Source: Gemmatimonadaceae bacterium (GTDB taxonomy: Bacteria; Gemmatimonadota; Gemmatimonadetes; Gemmatimonadales; Gemmatimonadaceae). Taken from it: a DNA stretch of 64,000 nucleotides. The position numbers and the translations under genes were made by a program. Each line of letters begins with the position of its first letter. The stretch's first letter is position 1. The notes beneath the pieces were generated by a model. The model ran no database searches, was not told where the DNA came from, and worked only from the letters and a program-made list of their open reading frames with translations. Positions 8,578 through 18,140 of this stretch are shown piece by piece. The stretch spans positions 224,001-288,000 of the forward strand of contig JBJMOW010000005.1 of the NCBI GenBank assembly GCA_045803545.1, read 5' to 3'.

Positions 8578-9417
8578 TCATCGCGCTTTTCCCGATTGGA
8601 GCACTGCGATCGCGGCCACGTTAATAATGTCGTCCCTCTCAGCGCCGCGCGAGAGATCAGCGACAGGACGAGCGAATCCCTGAAGAATCGGACCGAACGC
8701 CTGCGCCCCTCCGACGCGCTGTACCAGTTTGTACGCGATGTTTCCGGCATCGAGTGACGGAAACACTAAAACGTTGGCCCTTCCGGCTACCGGACTGGAA
8801 GGCGATTTCCGGGCGGCGACCGTGGGGGCCAGCGCCGCATCACCTTGCAATTCTCCGTCCACGACGAGTTCGGGCGATCGCTGCCTGACAATCGCGACAG
8901 CTTCGCGCACTGCGTCGACAGTCTGACCGCGAGCGCTGCCGTGGGTGCTGAAGGAGAGGAAAGCGACGCGCGGCTCGTCGCCGACGATCAGCCGACGGTC
9001 ATGTGCCGCCGCAACAGCAATGTCGGCTAGATCCTCGGCCGTCGGGTACGGCACGACAGCGCAGTCCGTGAACGTCAGGACCTCGGTAATATTCGGGACA
9101 GACTTCGGAACAATGTAGAACGCGCTCGACGCGATCCTGACGCCGGGCGCCAGGCCGACGTTCCGCAGCGCGCTCCGCAGCACTTCAGCGGTAGTGTAGA
9201 CCGCTCCTGCCACGCAGGCATCAGCGTCGCCGGCTGCAACCATTTGGTGCGCCCGTTCCAGCGCCAATTCGGCCTCGGCGACGAGAGATACTGTCGCCAT
9301 CCCCGTGCGCTCGATCTCCTGGGCCGCCGCCAGAACCCGCTCGTCCCCGCTCTCTGGAAATACAACTCGCCGCTTCAGCGCCGCCGCGCGGGAGCGAAGA
9401 CTTTCAACGAAGCTCAC
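8578..9417 (-). CDS. pta: Phosphate acetyl/butyryltransferase (short form)
   Basis: [60 protein letters not shown]. Confidence 0.88.
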   Translation of the reverse strand: MSFVESLRSRAAALKRRVVFPESGDERVLAAAQEIERTGMATVSLVAEAELALERAHQMVAAGDADACVAGAVYTTAEVLRSALRNVGLAPGVRIASSAFYIVPKSVPNITEVLTFTDCAVVPYPTAEDLADIAVAAAHDRRLIVGDEPRVAFLSFSTHGSARGQTVDAVREAVAIVRQRSPELVVDGELQGDAALAPTVAARKSPSSPVAGRANVLVFPSLDAGNIAYKLVQRVGGAQAFGPILQGFARPVADLSRGAERDDIINVAAIAVLQSGKAR

Positions 9418-9896
9418 TTCGTGAATTTCTTCGCGAGCGCTTTGGCGACGGCCGGGTGCACCAGCCCCTCAAGATTCCCGTGGTGCATTGCCACTTCGCG
9501 GACGACACTGGAGCTGATGTAGGTAGTCTCGACCGATGGGACCATGAACACCGTTTCAAAGTTCTCCGACATGTGTCGATTCATCAGGGCCATCTGAAAT
9601 TCATACTCGAAGTCGCTTACTGCTCGGAGGCCTCTGATGTTGAACTTCGCGCCGACTTTCTGGGCGAAGTCCACGAGCAGACCCTCGAAGGTGGTCGGCT
9701 CGACGCACTTGTTGTCTGACGTGACGGACTTGATCAGCTCGACACGCTCCTGCGGCGTGAAGAGAGCTTTTTTGGAGGAGTTCACGGCAACGGCGACGAC
9801 AAGGTGATCGACGAAACGGCAGCTGCGCTCGATCAAGTCCTCGTGTCCGCGCGTGATTGGGTCGAAGCTGCCCGCATAGATCGCCGTCGTTGCCAC
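9414..9896 (-). CDS. coaD: Phosphopantetheine adenylyltransferase
   Basis: [44 protein letters not shown] at 9896 preceded by GAGGAG. Confidence 0.95.
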   Translation of the reverse strand: MATTAIYAGSFDPITRGHEDLIERSCRFVDHLVVAVAVNSSKKALFTPQERVELIKSVTSDNKCVEPTTFEGLLVDFAQKVGAKFNIRGLRAVSDFEYEFQMALMNRHMSENFETVFMVPSVETTYISSSVVREVAMHHGNLEGLVHPAVAKALAKKFTK

Positions 9897-9897
9897 G

Positions 9898-10419
9898 TCA
9901 CTCCTCGCTGCGGTAGAAGGTGATTGCGGTTGAACCGTACTTTCTCGTTTCGCCACCAGCCGGCATCGAATCCTTTACCGAATGCTCGACGCTCAGTACG
10001 CGGCTAAAAGGTACTTCTTTCCAGCGCTCAGCCAACCGCATGGCATCGCCAGTCACGTAGGGTGGATCGGCGAAGGCTATGTCGTAGGCGGCTGCCTCCA
10101 ACGAACCGACGAAGGTCAAAGCCGATTTGCGGTGCACCCTCGCGAGACTGTCAGCGTCGAGGGCGGCGATGTTTTCTTCGAGTGCTCGCAGACTCTTCGG
10201 ATCCTTCTCCACGAAATCCGCAGCCAACGCACCGCGCGATAACGCCTCCAGGCCGAGAGCGCCCGAGCCCGCGTAAAGGTCAAGGACGCGGGCGTCTGGA
10301 ATATCCAACTGCAGAATGCTCATCCAGGCTTCACGGACACGGTCGAGCGTCGGTCGGACGGCCAGACCCTTTGGTGCGCTGATTCTTCGGCCTCGCCAGC
10401 GACCGGCGACTATACGCAA
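9898..10419 (-). CDS. rsmD: 16S rRNA m2G966 methyltransferase
   Basis: (M)RIVAGRWRGR, RPTLDRVRE, LDLYAGSGALGLEALSRGA, FADPPY. Start at TTG 10419. Confidence 0.93.
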   Translation of the reverse strand: MRIVAGRWRGRRISAPKGLAVRPTLDRVREAWMSILQLDIPDARVLDLYAGSGALGLEALSRGALAADFVEKDPKSLRALEENIAALDADSLARVHRKSALTFVGSLEAAAYDIAFADPPYVTGDAMRLAERWKEVPFSRVLSVEHSVKDSMPAGGETRKYGSTAITFYRSEE

Positions 10420-10422
10420 GGC

Positions 10423-10456
10423 GTGGGAAGCGGGAGGCCGGAGGCGGGAGGCGGAG
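10423..10456. repeat. GCGGGAR heptamer tandem array (degenerate, ~5 units)
   Basis: GTGGGAA GCGGGAG GCCGGAG GCGGGAG GCGGAG directly upstream of the rsmD start. Confidence 0.75.
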
Positions 10457-10501
10457 CCACGGGATGCAAGTTGTGTGATGCGGGACGCGCTCGTTGCACG
10501 T

Positions 10502-12235
10502 TCACTCCGGACTGAGGCGAATGTCGGCGATGCGGGCCTGGAGATAGCTCTCGCCGCGATAGTCGTCTCGCTCCAACCGGAACGCGACATCGATGCGCGC
10601 TCCCGGCTGCAGATGAACGGCGCGGTCGATCAATCCCCAACCGAGTGCTTCGAGCGAGCCGGTGCCCGTGTCGAGCGTGATCTTCAAGCCATCTGCTCCG
10701 ACGGGTCTTGGCGGTCGCTTGATCCCAACGTTGCGGGCGAGCAGAACAGGCGCGGGATTCCCGATCCCGAACGGCTCGAAATGCCTGAATAAAGCTTCGA
10801 TCTTGTGATCGAGTCCTTCGATCGGCACCTCGAGATCGACGCGGATTTCCGGAACGAGATCTTCCGCCGTCAGGTGCTGGTGCGCTACCTGGTTGAAGCG
10901 CGTCGCGAACGCTGAAACCTTGTCGCGCGCGATCGTCACGCCCGCGGCGGCGCGGTGGCCACCGAAGCGGAGCAGATGCTCGCGTGATTCCGCCAGTGCC
11001 CCATGAAGATTGAATTTCGGGATCGATCGTCCTGAACCTTTACCCTGGTCGTCGGCGAGCGCGATTAAAACCGTCGGGCGGCCGAACTCTTCGACCAATC
11101 GCGACGCAACGATCCCGATCACACCGGGATGCCAGGCATCATCCGCGAGAACGATCGAGAACCACTCGTCGAGGTCCAACGCCAGCACACGCTCGCGTGC
11201 CTGCTCCAGCGTCTGGTGATCGATCTCCTGGCGCTTTGCGTTCAGCTCCTCGAGCTCGCGCGCGATGACGTTTGCCTCATGTTCATCGGCCGTGAGCAGC
11301 AGCTCAACGCCGCGAATCGCATGACCCATTCGCCCGGCGGCATTCAATCTCGGCGCGAGGATGAAGCCGATTCTTCCGGCAGTGAGCTGCCGACCGTCGA
11401 GCCCCGACGCGCGCAGCAGCGCGCGCATGCCGATGTTGCGGGTCTCCTTGAGCATGCGCAGCCCGTATCGCACAAAGACGCGATTCTCGCCGCGCAGCGG
11501 CGCGACATCAGCTACCGTCGCCAGCGCAACGAGATCGAGCATCGCCCAGATCGGATTCTCGTTGGCGCCAAGTGCGCGCGTTAGCGCGAGAGAGAGCTTC
11601 CACACCACCGCTACCGCGGCGAGATCCTTGTCGGGATACCCGCAGCCCGGCCGCTTCGGATTGAGCACTGCGAGGCAATCGGGGAGCTCACCACTCGGCA
11701 AGTGGTGATCAGTGACGATGACGTCGACGCCGGCGCGGCAGAGTTTGGCGACCGGAGCAACCGCGCCCGTTCCACAATCGCAGGTGACCACGACCTTGGC
11801 GCCTGCCTTGATCGCTGCGCTCACGCCCGCCTCACCGAGGTCGTAGCCGTCTTCGATTCGGCGCGGGATGAACGGAATCGCATTGCCGCCCAACATCCGG
11901 ATGACGCGCGTAAGAATCGTCGTCGAGCAAATCCCGTCGACGTCGTAGTCGCCGTGGATGAAAACGAGCTCTTTTTCTCTTACCGCGCGCGCAAGGCGAT
12001 CGACAGCCTTGTCCATCGACAGGAACCCCAGGGGCTCGTGCAGCTTGTCGAGCTTGGGACGAAGAAATTGCTTCGCTTCATCCGGCGTCACATACCCGCG
12101 AATCAGCAGCAGGCGGCAAACGACGTCGGGCAGCGAAAGCGCCTCCATCAGCGCGCGCACTGCTTCCTCGTCGGGTGGCTTTGGCAGGATCCAGCGCGCG
12201 GGAGCGGCCGGACGTTCTGATGTGACGCTGCTCAC
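10502..12235 (-). CDS. recJ: ssDNA exonuclease RecJ
   Basis: HGDYDVDG, TCDCG, TDHH, ATVADVAPLRGENR, PRLNAAGR, GKGSGRS, FGGHRAAAG. Confidence 0.96.
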   Translation of the reverse strand: MSSVTSERPAAPARWILPKPPDEEAVRALMEALSLPDVVCRLLLIRGYVTPDEAKQFLRPKLDKLHEPLGFLSMDKAVDRLARAVREKELVFIHGDYDVDGICSTTILTRVIRMLGGNAIPFIPRRIEDGYDLGEAGVSAAIKAGAKVVVTCDCGTGAVAPVAKLCRAGVDVIVTDHHLPSGELPDCLAVLNPKRPGCGYPDKDLAAVAVVWKLSLALTRALGANENPIWAMLDLVALATVADVAPLRGENRVFVRYGLRMLKETRNIGMRALLRASGLDGRQLTAGRIGFILAPRLNAAGRMGHAIRGVELLLTADEHEANVIARELEELNAKRQEIDHQTLEQARERVLALDLDEWFSIVLADDAWHPGVIGIVASRLVEEFGRPTVLIALADDQGKGSGRSIPKFNLHGALAESREHLLRFGGHRAAAGVTIARDKVSAFATRFNQVAHQHLTAEDLVPEIRVDLEVPIEGLDHKIEALFRHFEPFGIGNPAPVLLARNVGIKRPPRPVGADGLKITLDTGTGSLEALGWGLIDRAVHLQPGARIDVAFRLERDDYRGESYLQARIADIRLSPE

Positions 12236-12305
12236 CTACACAACTTAGCGGCCAGTGACAGAGCCGCTCAAGGATTGCACCGCGTCAATTCCGACGCCCG
12301 CGTTA

Positions 12306-13007
12306 TCAACCGTCTGCGTATAGCAACACTCCACACGCTTCGCAGACTTCGATGTCACCGCTCTTCTGCATCAGATTGCGACGCTGGAGCGGGACGGCCG
12401 TGTCGCAATTGCCACAGGAACCACCGCGCAGCGGGTACAGAGCCTGACCTCGGCGGCCTCGGATGCGATCGTATTTTCCAAGCGTTGGCCTTGCGACTGA
12501 TCCCGCCCTGCCATTGCGCTCGCGCTTAGCCTCCTCCAATTGCGACTGTAGCTCAGCGCGTTTTGACTCGATCTCCGGGCGAGCTTCCATCTGCTCGAGC
12601 TCGACCGCGGCAAGTGCGTCCTGCTGGGCGGCAACTGTTGCCAACATCTCGTTGATGCGGCGGCCGAGTATCGCGATCTCGCTCTCGTCTTCGGCCATTA
12701 GGCGTCGCGTCGTCTCCATCTGCGCCGTAGCGGCGGTCGCTTCACGCAAGCGTTTGACATCATCCAGCTGATGGACGTTGCGCTCCTGAAGCTGTCGATG
12801 CTGGGCGAGCCGTTGCTGCAGCTCGCGCTGTTTCTTCTCTTCGCCTTCGACGGCCGCCTGGGCTCGCTTGAGTGCGGCGGCGGCGCTGTCTCGTTTCCTG
12901 TCCAGCTCGGCCAGGTGCGGGTCGAGCTCGCGAATCTGACTTTCGATCTCGCGGATCTTGAGGTCGTCATCCTGCAATGCCAGTAACGCTTCAACTTCCT
13001 GGCGCAT
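12306..13007 (-). CDS. Coiled-coil protein with C4-type zinc ribbon (DUF164-like)
   Basis: Long coiled coil followed by CGNC...CEACGVLLY. Confidence 0.85.
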   Translation of the reverse strand: MRQEVEALLALQDDDLKIREIESQIRELDPHLAELDRKRDSAAAALKRAQAAVEGEEKKQRELQQRLAQHRQLQERNVHQLDDVKRLREATAATAQMETTRRLMAEDESEIAILGRRINEMLATVAAQQDALAAVELEQMEARPEIESKRAELQSQLEEAKRERNGRAGSVARPTLGKYDRIRGRRGQALYPLRGGSCGNCDTAVPLQRRNLMQKSGDIEVCEACGVLLYADG

Positions 13008-13063
13008 TCGACCTCCAGCCTCTCAAAGAGGCTTCAGCTTGCTCCGACATTCTCTCTCCTCTG

Positions 13064-14890
13064 TCATCGTGTCCCGGTACGCCTGAACTTCTTGAAATAG
13101 TTTCGACCTGTCGCCTTCAACTCACGCCTGATCGCGTCCTTCTCGGCGATCAGCTCGTCCTTCTTTGCACCATTCGCCAGCGGAATGATCCGATCGAGCT
13201 CCGCGGCGCGCAGATCGAGATCGCGTGCACGCAAGGTAGCGAAGCTATCGTTGATCGTGCGCTCCTGGTCGATCTGAAAAGCACCTTCGGCCAGGATCTC
13301 CTGAATGGTCTCGATCGCGTCCTCGTCAAGATTCGCAGAAACCTGCTCGATTGTTGAGTCTGGTCCCAAAGGAATCAACGCACGGTAGATGTCCCGATAC
13401 GCGGCGTTTCGAAAGCTTTCCACGCCCAGCTTCTCCGCGATCTGCACTACTCGTGCGCGATTGAACAACATTGCTCGAATCAACTCACGTTCTGCAGATG
13501 ATCCACGCTCCGAGTGTTGTGCGCGCCGCTCACCGCGACGAACACGCGCGGCCGGCGAAATTCGCGGCGCCGGTACGCTTGCCGTTGGGTCGGAGGCCTC
13601 GCGCGGCGTGACCCTGCCCGTCCATTCCCGCTCCAGAACCTCTCTGGCGACCCCGCTCACTTCGCTGGCACGCGCCAGATATAGATCGCGCATGATCTGA
13701 TCTGAAGCAGCGCGAATGGTCGGCAGCAAGCGGTCCAGGGCTCTCCGCTTCTTATGCAATTCGGCGAACATCCCAGCTCGCTCCAACAGCTGGATCTTCC
13801 GCTCGAAAACGTCGATCGCATCTCGCATCCGCGCTGTTAATGCTGCAGCGCCATTCTTTTTTACGAAAGTGTCAGGGTCTTCGCCGTCCGGAAGAGTAAC
13901 GATTCGAACCGACGCTCCCTGACGCAAAAGCTCGTCGCCTGAGCGGAAGGTCGCCTGCAGCCCAGCCTTGTCGCTGTCGTAAAGCAGAAAGATGTTTTTC
14001 GTCAGCTTGCGAAGCGCCCCCGCTTGCTGGTCCGTGAGAGCGGTTCCCATCGGTGCGACGACGGAAGTGAAACCGGCGCTGATCAAACGAACGACGTCGA
14101 AATAGCCTTCGACGACGAGCACGTGATCCTCACGTCTGATGTCGTTCTTCGCCCAGTTGAGACCATAGAGCGTGCGGCCTTTCGAGAACGCGGCGGACTC
14201 CGGTGAATTGAGATACTTCGGCTCACCCGGGCCGAGCAGTCTGCCGCCGAATCCGACGTTGCGGCTCATCGCGTCGAGAATCGGGAACATCAAGCGGCCT
14301 CGAAACCGCGGGCGCGGCTCGCTTCCCTCGTCGCCGGAAACCAGAAGCCCGGCGGCAAACTGACGCTCTTCGTTGAAGCCGAGTGTCGACATGTAGGTGC
14401 GCAGCAAACCGATTTCGCGTGGCGCGAATCCGATTCCGAACTGCTCGGCGGTCTCTTTGGTAATGTCGCGCTGAGCGAGATAATCGCGCGCCTGTGCCCC
14501 GAGCGGGTCATCCCAGAGAATCTTCTGGAAATACGCCGCGGCGGTCGCGTTGACCTCCCACAACGGCTCGCGCGGGTCAGGTCCTTCGCGGCGCGAATCG
14601 ATCTCTCTAACTTCGATACCAGACTTCTCCCCCACCATTTTCACTGCGTTGGGCCACTCGACGCCGAGTCGCTTCTGCAGGAACCGAAAGACGTCACCGC
14701 CTTCGTGGCACACGAAGCAATAGTACATCCGCTTGCGCGGTGACACCGAGAAGTTGCGATGTGTGCCCTGGTGGAACGGGCACGGGCCGCGGAAGTCGGT
14801 GCCGGCGCGCTTGAGATTGACGTACTCGCCGACGATCTGAACGATGTCGGCGGCATCGCGCACCTGCTCGACGACTTCATCAGGAATCAC
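13064..14890 (-). CDS. dnaG: DNA primase
   Basis: CPFH zinc finger, YYCFVC, RFRGRLMFPI, PKYLNSPE, VVEGYFDV, YDSDKAG, DPD. Confidence 0.97.
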   Translation of the reverse strand: MIPDEVVEQVRDAADIVQIVGEYVNLKRAGTDFRGPCPFHQGTHRNFSVSPRKRMYYCFVCHEGGDVFRFLQKRLGVEWPNAVKMVGEKSGIEVREIDSRREGPDPREPLWEVNATAAAYFQKILWDDPLGAQARDYLAQRDITKETAEQFGIGFAPREIGLLRTYMSTLGFNEERQFAAGLLVSGDEGSEPRPRFRGRLMFPILDAMSRNVGFGGRLLGPGEPKYLNSPESAAFSKGRTLYGLNWAKNDIRREDHVLVVEGYFDVVRLISAGFTSVVAPMGTALTDQQAGALRKLTKNIFLLYDSDKAGLQATFRSGDELLRQGASVRIVTLPDGEDPDTFVKKNGAAALTARMRDAIDVFERKIQLLERAGMFAELHKKRRALDRLLPTIRAASDQIMRDLYLARASEVSGVAREVLEREWTGRVTPREASDPTASVPAPRISPAARVRRGERRAQHSERGSSAERELIRAMLFNRARVVQIAEKLGVESFRNAAYRDIYRALIPLGPDSTIEQVSANLDEDAIETIQEILAEGAFQIDQERTINDSFATLRARDLDLRAAELDRIIPLANGAKKDELIAEKDAIRRELKATGRNYFKKFRRTGTR

Positions 14891-17262
14891 TTGAACTCCA
14901 CCACCGTGACGCCGGCACCGCCTTCGTTCCAGGCGCCAAGCCGGAAGTTCGTGACTCGTGATTCCTTCTGCAGCATCTCGGAAACCCGCTCGCGCAACGC
15001 GCCAGTCCCTTTGCCGTGGATGATGCGGAGCGTTTTGAGATCGGCGCGGATGGCTGCATCGACGGCATGCATAACGATGTCCTCGACTTCGCCAACGCGC
15101 ATGCCCCGCAAGTCGATTTCGCTTGCCGCATGCATCTCCGGCAGGTCGCCTCGAACGTTTACGGTGACTGCCGGCGCCGCGGCTTCAGGCGTCGAAACGC
15201 GCAGCGCGGTCCGCGGAACCGCCAGCTTCATCACGCCAACAGCGACAACCGCTTCTGCAGCGCGCATTTCGACGACCCGACCGACCCGCCCTCCGAGTGT
15301 TTCTACTTCGACAAAATCTCCGACATTGACTTCCTGATCGTTGTTGCTGGGCGGCGCTTCCGCATTTTCGCGTTCGATCCGGTCGAGAGCGCGACCTTGC
15401 TCATTGGCAAGCTCCTCGACGCGTTTGCGGGCTTCACGCGCTGCATCCTGATTTTCGGAAGCGGCCTTGAGCTCGCGAATGGTTTGTTCGACTTCGGCTC
15501 GCGCTTCCAGAAGATACTGCCGCGCCTCTTTGCGCGACGCTTGCTCGAGATCGCGCTCGCGCTCACGAACGTTTCGCTCACGCTCGGCGAGCCGGCGCGA
15601 TCGGCGCTGCGTTTCCTCTGCGACCGCTCCGGTTTCCTTTTCGATCGCTGTCAGACTCTTCTCTCGCGCTTCGAGGTCGGCGAGCAGCGCGGTCACCCGA
15701 CGTTCGTCGACGGGAATTCTCTCTTCAGCGCGCGTCAGCACTTCAGTCGGAAGTTTGAGACGACGTGCGATGCTGATGCCATACGAGCGCCCTGGAATCC
15801 CCTTCGTCAGCCTATACGTTGGAGCGAGCGCTACCGGATCGAACTGGAGCGAGGCGTTCACTACACCATCGACCTGGGTCGCCAACTCCTTCAGCGCCCC
15901 GAGGTGAGTGGTCGCGATTGTTAGAGTGCGCCTGGTAGTGAGCGCCTCGAGAATGGCACCGCCCAGTGCGGCGCCTTCGATGGGATCGGTACCGGAGCCG
16001 AGCTCGTCGATGAGAACGAGCGATCGATCAGTTGCCGACGCAAGAACTTCCGCCAGGTTCTTTAAATGAGCGCTGAAGGTCGACAGGCTGGCGAGAATGG
16101 ACTGCTCGTCGCCAACGTCGGCGTAAATGTTGTCGAAGATGGCGATCGTCGAACCTGCATCGACAGGAGCCGGGATTCCCGATTGAGTCAGCGCCGAGAA
16201 CAGACCAAGCGCCTTGAGGAGGACAGTCTTGCCGCCAGTGTTGGGTCCTGAGATGAGAAGCGTGCGCTCGCGTGATTGCATCTCCAGGTCAAATGGAACG
16301 ACGTCGATTCCCTGGGCAATCAGCAGCGGATGCCGACCTCGGACGATGTTGAAGCCGCTGGTCGCGTCGGAGAGCTCGGAGGGCACGCAGCGAAAATCAA
16401 TCGCGAATTTGGCGCGCGCCACGAGGGAATCGAGCGTGATCAGGGACTCGAGCGACTGCATCATTGCGTCGCGCTGCGGCCGGAGCCGCTCGGTGAGCTC
16501 GGCGAGAATGCGGTCGATCTCCTCGCCTTCCTCCATCTGCAGCTCACGGATGCGATTGCCCGCTTCGACAGCGGCAGGAGGCTCGACGAACAGAGTGCCG
16601 CCAGTGGCGGACGAATCATGGACGATTCCACCGACGGCGCCTTGAGCTTCGCGTCGCACCGGAATCACATAGCGGCCGTTGCGAATTGTCACCGACATGT
16701 CGGCGACGCGTTGGTGCGGCTCGAGCCGGGCCATCGCGCGTTCGAGCACCTTGATCAGCTCGCCCTGCGACCCGCGCAGCTCCCGTCTGATTTTTCGCAG
16801 TGCCGGCGATGCATCATCCTGAATCTGCCCTTCGTCGTCGACCGTGCGCTCGATCAATGTCTCATTCGTCTTGTCGACGATGAGCGCGTCGCGCTGTTCC
16901 GCCAGCACGGCGGTCGCAACCGGCGAAACCTTGTCGCCACGAAAAGCTTCGCGAGTGACGCGCGAGCTGCGCAGGAGCGCGCCGAGCGCGAGAATGTCGA
17001 TCGCGGACAGGGAAGCACCTTCAACACGCAGCCGAGTCAGAGCCGCGCGGGCATCAGGAACACCGTGTAATGTCCACGGCTCCTCGGCGGTGAGAAGGGA
17101 GCGCACGGCAGCGACACGCGCGTGCTCCTTCTCGATCGAGTCCCGGTCCGTCGTCGGCGCCAGCTCGCGCACCCTGTCCGCGCCAAGGGGCGAAATCGCG
17201 CGCTCGGCGATTAATGCGAGGGTGCGTGGGAATTCGATGACGTTGAGAGCGTGAGTGTTCAC
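14887..17262 (-). CDS. mutS2: Endonuclease MutS2 (MutS ATPase + Smr domain)
   Basis: SGPNTGGKT, DEQSILASLSTFSAH, DELGSGTDPIEG, C-terminal IDLRG...IIHGKGTG. Confidence 0.96.
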   Translation of the reverse strand: MNTHALNVIEFPRTLALIAERAISPLGADRVRELAPTTDRDSIEKEHARVAAVRSLLTAEEPWTLHGVPDARAALTRLRVEGASLSAIDILALGALLRSSRVTREAFRGDKVSPVATAVLAEQRDALIVDKTNETLIERTVDDEGQIQDDASPALRKIRRELRGSQGELIKVLERAMARLEPHQRVADMSVTIRNGRYVIPVRREAQGAVGGIVHDSSATGGTLFVEPPAAVEAGNRIRELQMEEGEEIDRILAELTERLRPQRDAMMQSLESLITLDSLVARAKFAIDFRCVPSELSDATSGFNIVRGRHPLLIAQGIDVVPFDLEMQSRERTLLISGPNTGGKTVLLKALGLFSALTQSGIPAPVDAGSTIAIFDNIYADVGDEQSILASLSTFSAHLKNLAEVLASATDRSLVLIDELGSGTDPIEGAALGGAILEALTTRRTLTIATTHLGALKELATQVDGVVNASLQFDPVALAPTYRLTKGIPGRSYGISIARRLKLPTEVLTRAEERIPVDERRVTALLADLEAREKSLTAIEKETGAVAEETQRRSRRLAERERNVRERERDLEQASRKEARQYLLEARAEVEQTIRELKAASENQDAAREARKRVEELANEQGRALDRIERENAEAPPSNNDQEVNVGDFVEVETLGGRVGRVVEMRAAEAVVAVGVMKLAVPRTALRVSTPEAAAPAVTVNVRGDLPEMHAASEIDLRGMRVGEVEDIVMHAVDAAIRADLKTLRIIHGKGTGALRERVSEMLQKESRVTNFRLGAWNEGGAGVTVVEFK

Positions 17263-17277
17263 TAATGGAGTTTATGA

Positions 17278-17403
17278 GCGGGAAGCGGGAGGCGGGAGGC
17301 GGGAGGCGAGGCGCTAACCAAAAAAAGGTCGCCATATATATGCGCGACCTCGGCTCAGATACTGTAGAAAATAGGGTCGCGCTTCCCGCTTCCCGCTTCC
17401 CGC
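17278..17403. repeat. Palindromic element with inverted GCGGGAR heptamer arms
   Basis: (GCGGGAR)4 at 17278-17305 and (TTCCCGC)3 at 17383-17403 enclose an inner AGGTCGC..GCGACCT hairpin. Confidence 0.8.
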
Positions 17404-17408
17404 GAAGC

Positions 17409-17852
17409 TCACCCCTGCTTCGCCAGTTCCTCGCGGGCGATCGCGTTGATCGTGCTGCCATCCGCCCGGCCTTTGAACTGCGGGAGAACCTTACCCATGA
17501 TCGCGCCGATCTGCGTCGCGCCGGCCGCGATCGCCGCTTTCACGGCGGTGCGTAGCTCCTCGTCACTGACCTGAGCGGGAAGATATTTCTCCAGCGCAGT
17601 CGCTTCCGCCGCTTCCTTCTCGGCGAGGTCGTTGCGGTTTCCCTTCTTGTAAAGGTCCACCGACTCGCGACGCTTCTTGATCGACTTACGCAGAACGTCA
17701 ATGACATCCGCATCAGACGGATCGCGTCTCAGCTCGATCTTTTTGTTCTTGATCTCGGCGAGGACGGTGCTGAGGAGCAGCGTACCGGCCTTGTCCTGGG
17801 ATTTGCGAGCGGAATTTAGATCGCCCTGAAGGCGGGCGAGTAACTCGGACAT
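17409..17852 (-). CDS. GatB/YqeY domain protein
   Basis: IKKRRESVDLY, EKYLPAQVS, GAIMGKV, GRADG; lies downstream of rpsU. Confidence 0.93.
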   Translation of the reverse strand: MSELLARLQGDLNSARKSQDKAGTLLLSTVLAEIKNKKIELRRDPSDADVIDVLRKSIKKRRESVDLYKKGNRNDLAEKEAAEATALEKYLPAQVSDEELRTAVKAAIAAGATQIGAIMGKVLPQFKGRADGSTINAIAREELAKQG

Positions 17853-17855
17853 TCC

Positions 17856-18044
17856 CTAGGTGTGACGGGTGCGGCGGTTCTTACGCATCGCCGTGTTCAG
17901 CTTGCGCTTCCTGCGCTCGCTCGGCTTTTCGTAATGACGGTGCTTGCGGAGATCGGAGAGTATACCCGCCTTCTCGCATTTCTTTTTGAAACGCTTCAGC
18001 GCGCGCTCAAAGTTCTCGTCGTCATGGATTATGACTTCCGACAA
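17856..18044 (-). CDS. rpsU: 30S ribosomal protein S21
   Basis: ENFERALKRFKKKCEKAGILSDLRKHRHYEKPSERRK. Confidence 0.97.
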   Translation of the reverse strand: MSEVIIHDDENFERALKRFKKKCEKAGILSDLRKHRHYEKPSERRKRKLNTAMRKNRRTRHT

Positions 18045-18100
18045 AATCTGCTTCCCCCCTTCTTGGCGAACGTCTTCGCCGGTTTAGGCCTAGACGGCTA

Positions 18101-18129
18101 AACTTAGGCCTCGTAGAGGGTTGGGTCAA
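18101..18129 (-). promoter_or_regulatory. Sigma70-type promoter for rpsU
   Basis: Minus strand TTGACC (18129-18124), 17 nt spacer, TAAGTT (18106-18101). Confidence 0.7.
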
Positions 18130-18140
18130 GCAAACTTCGA

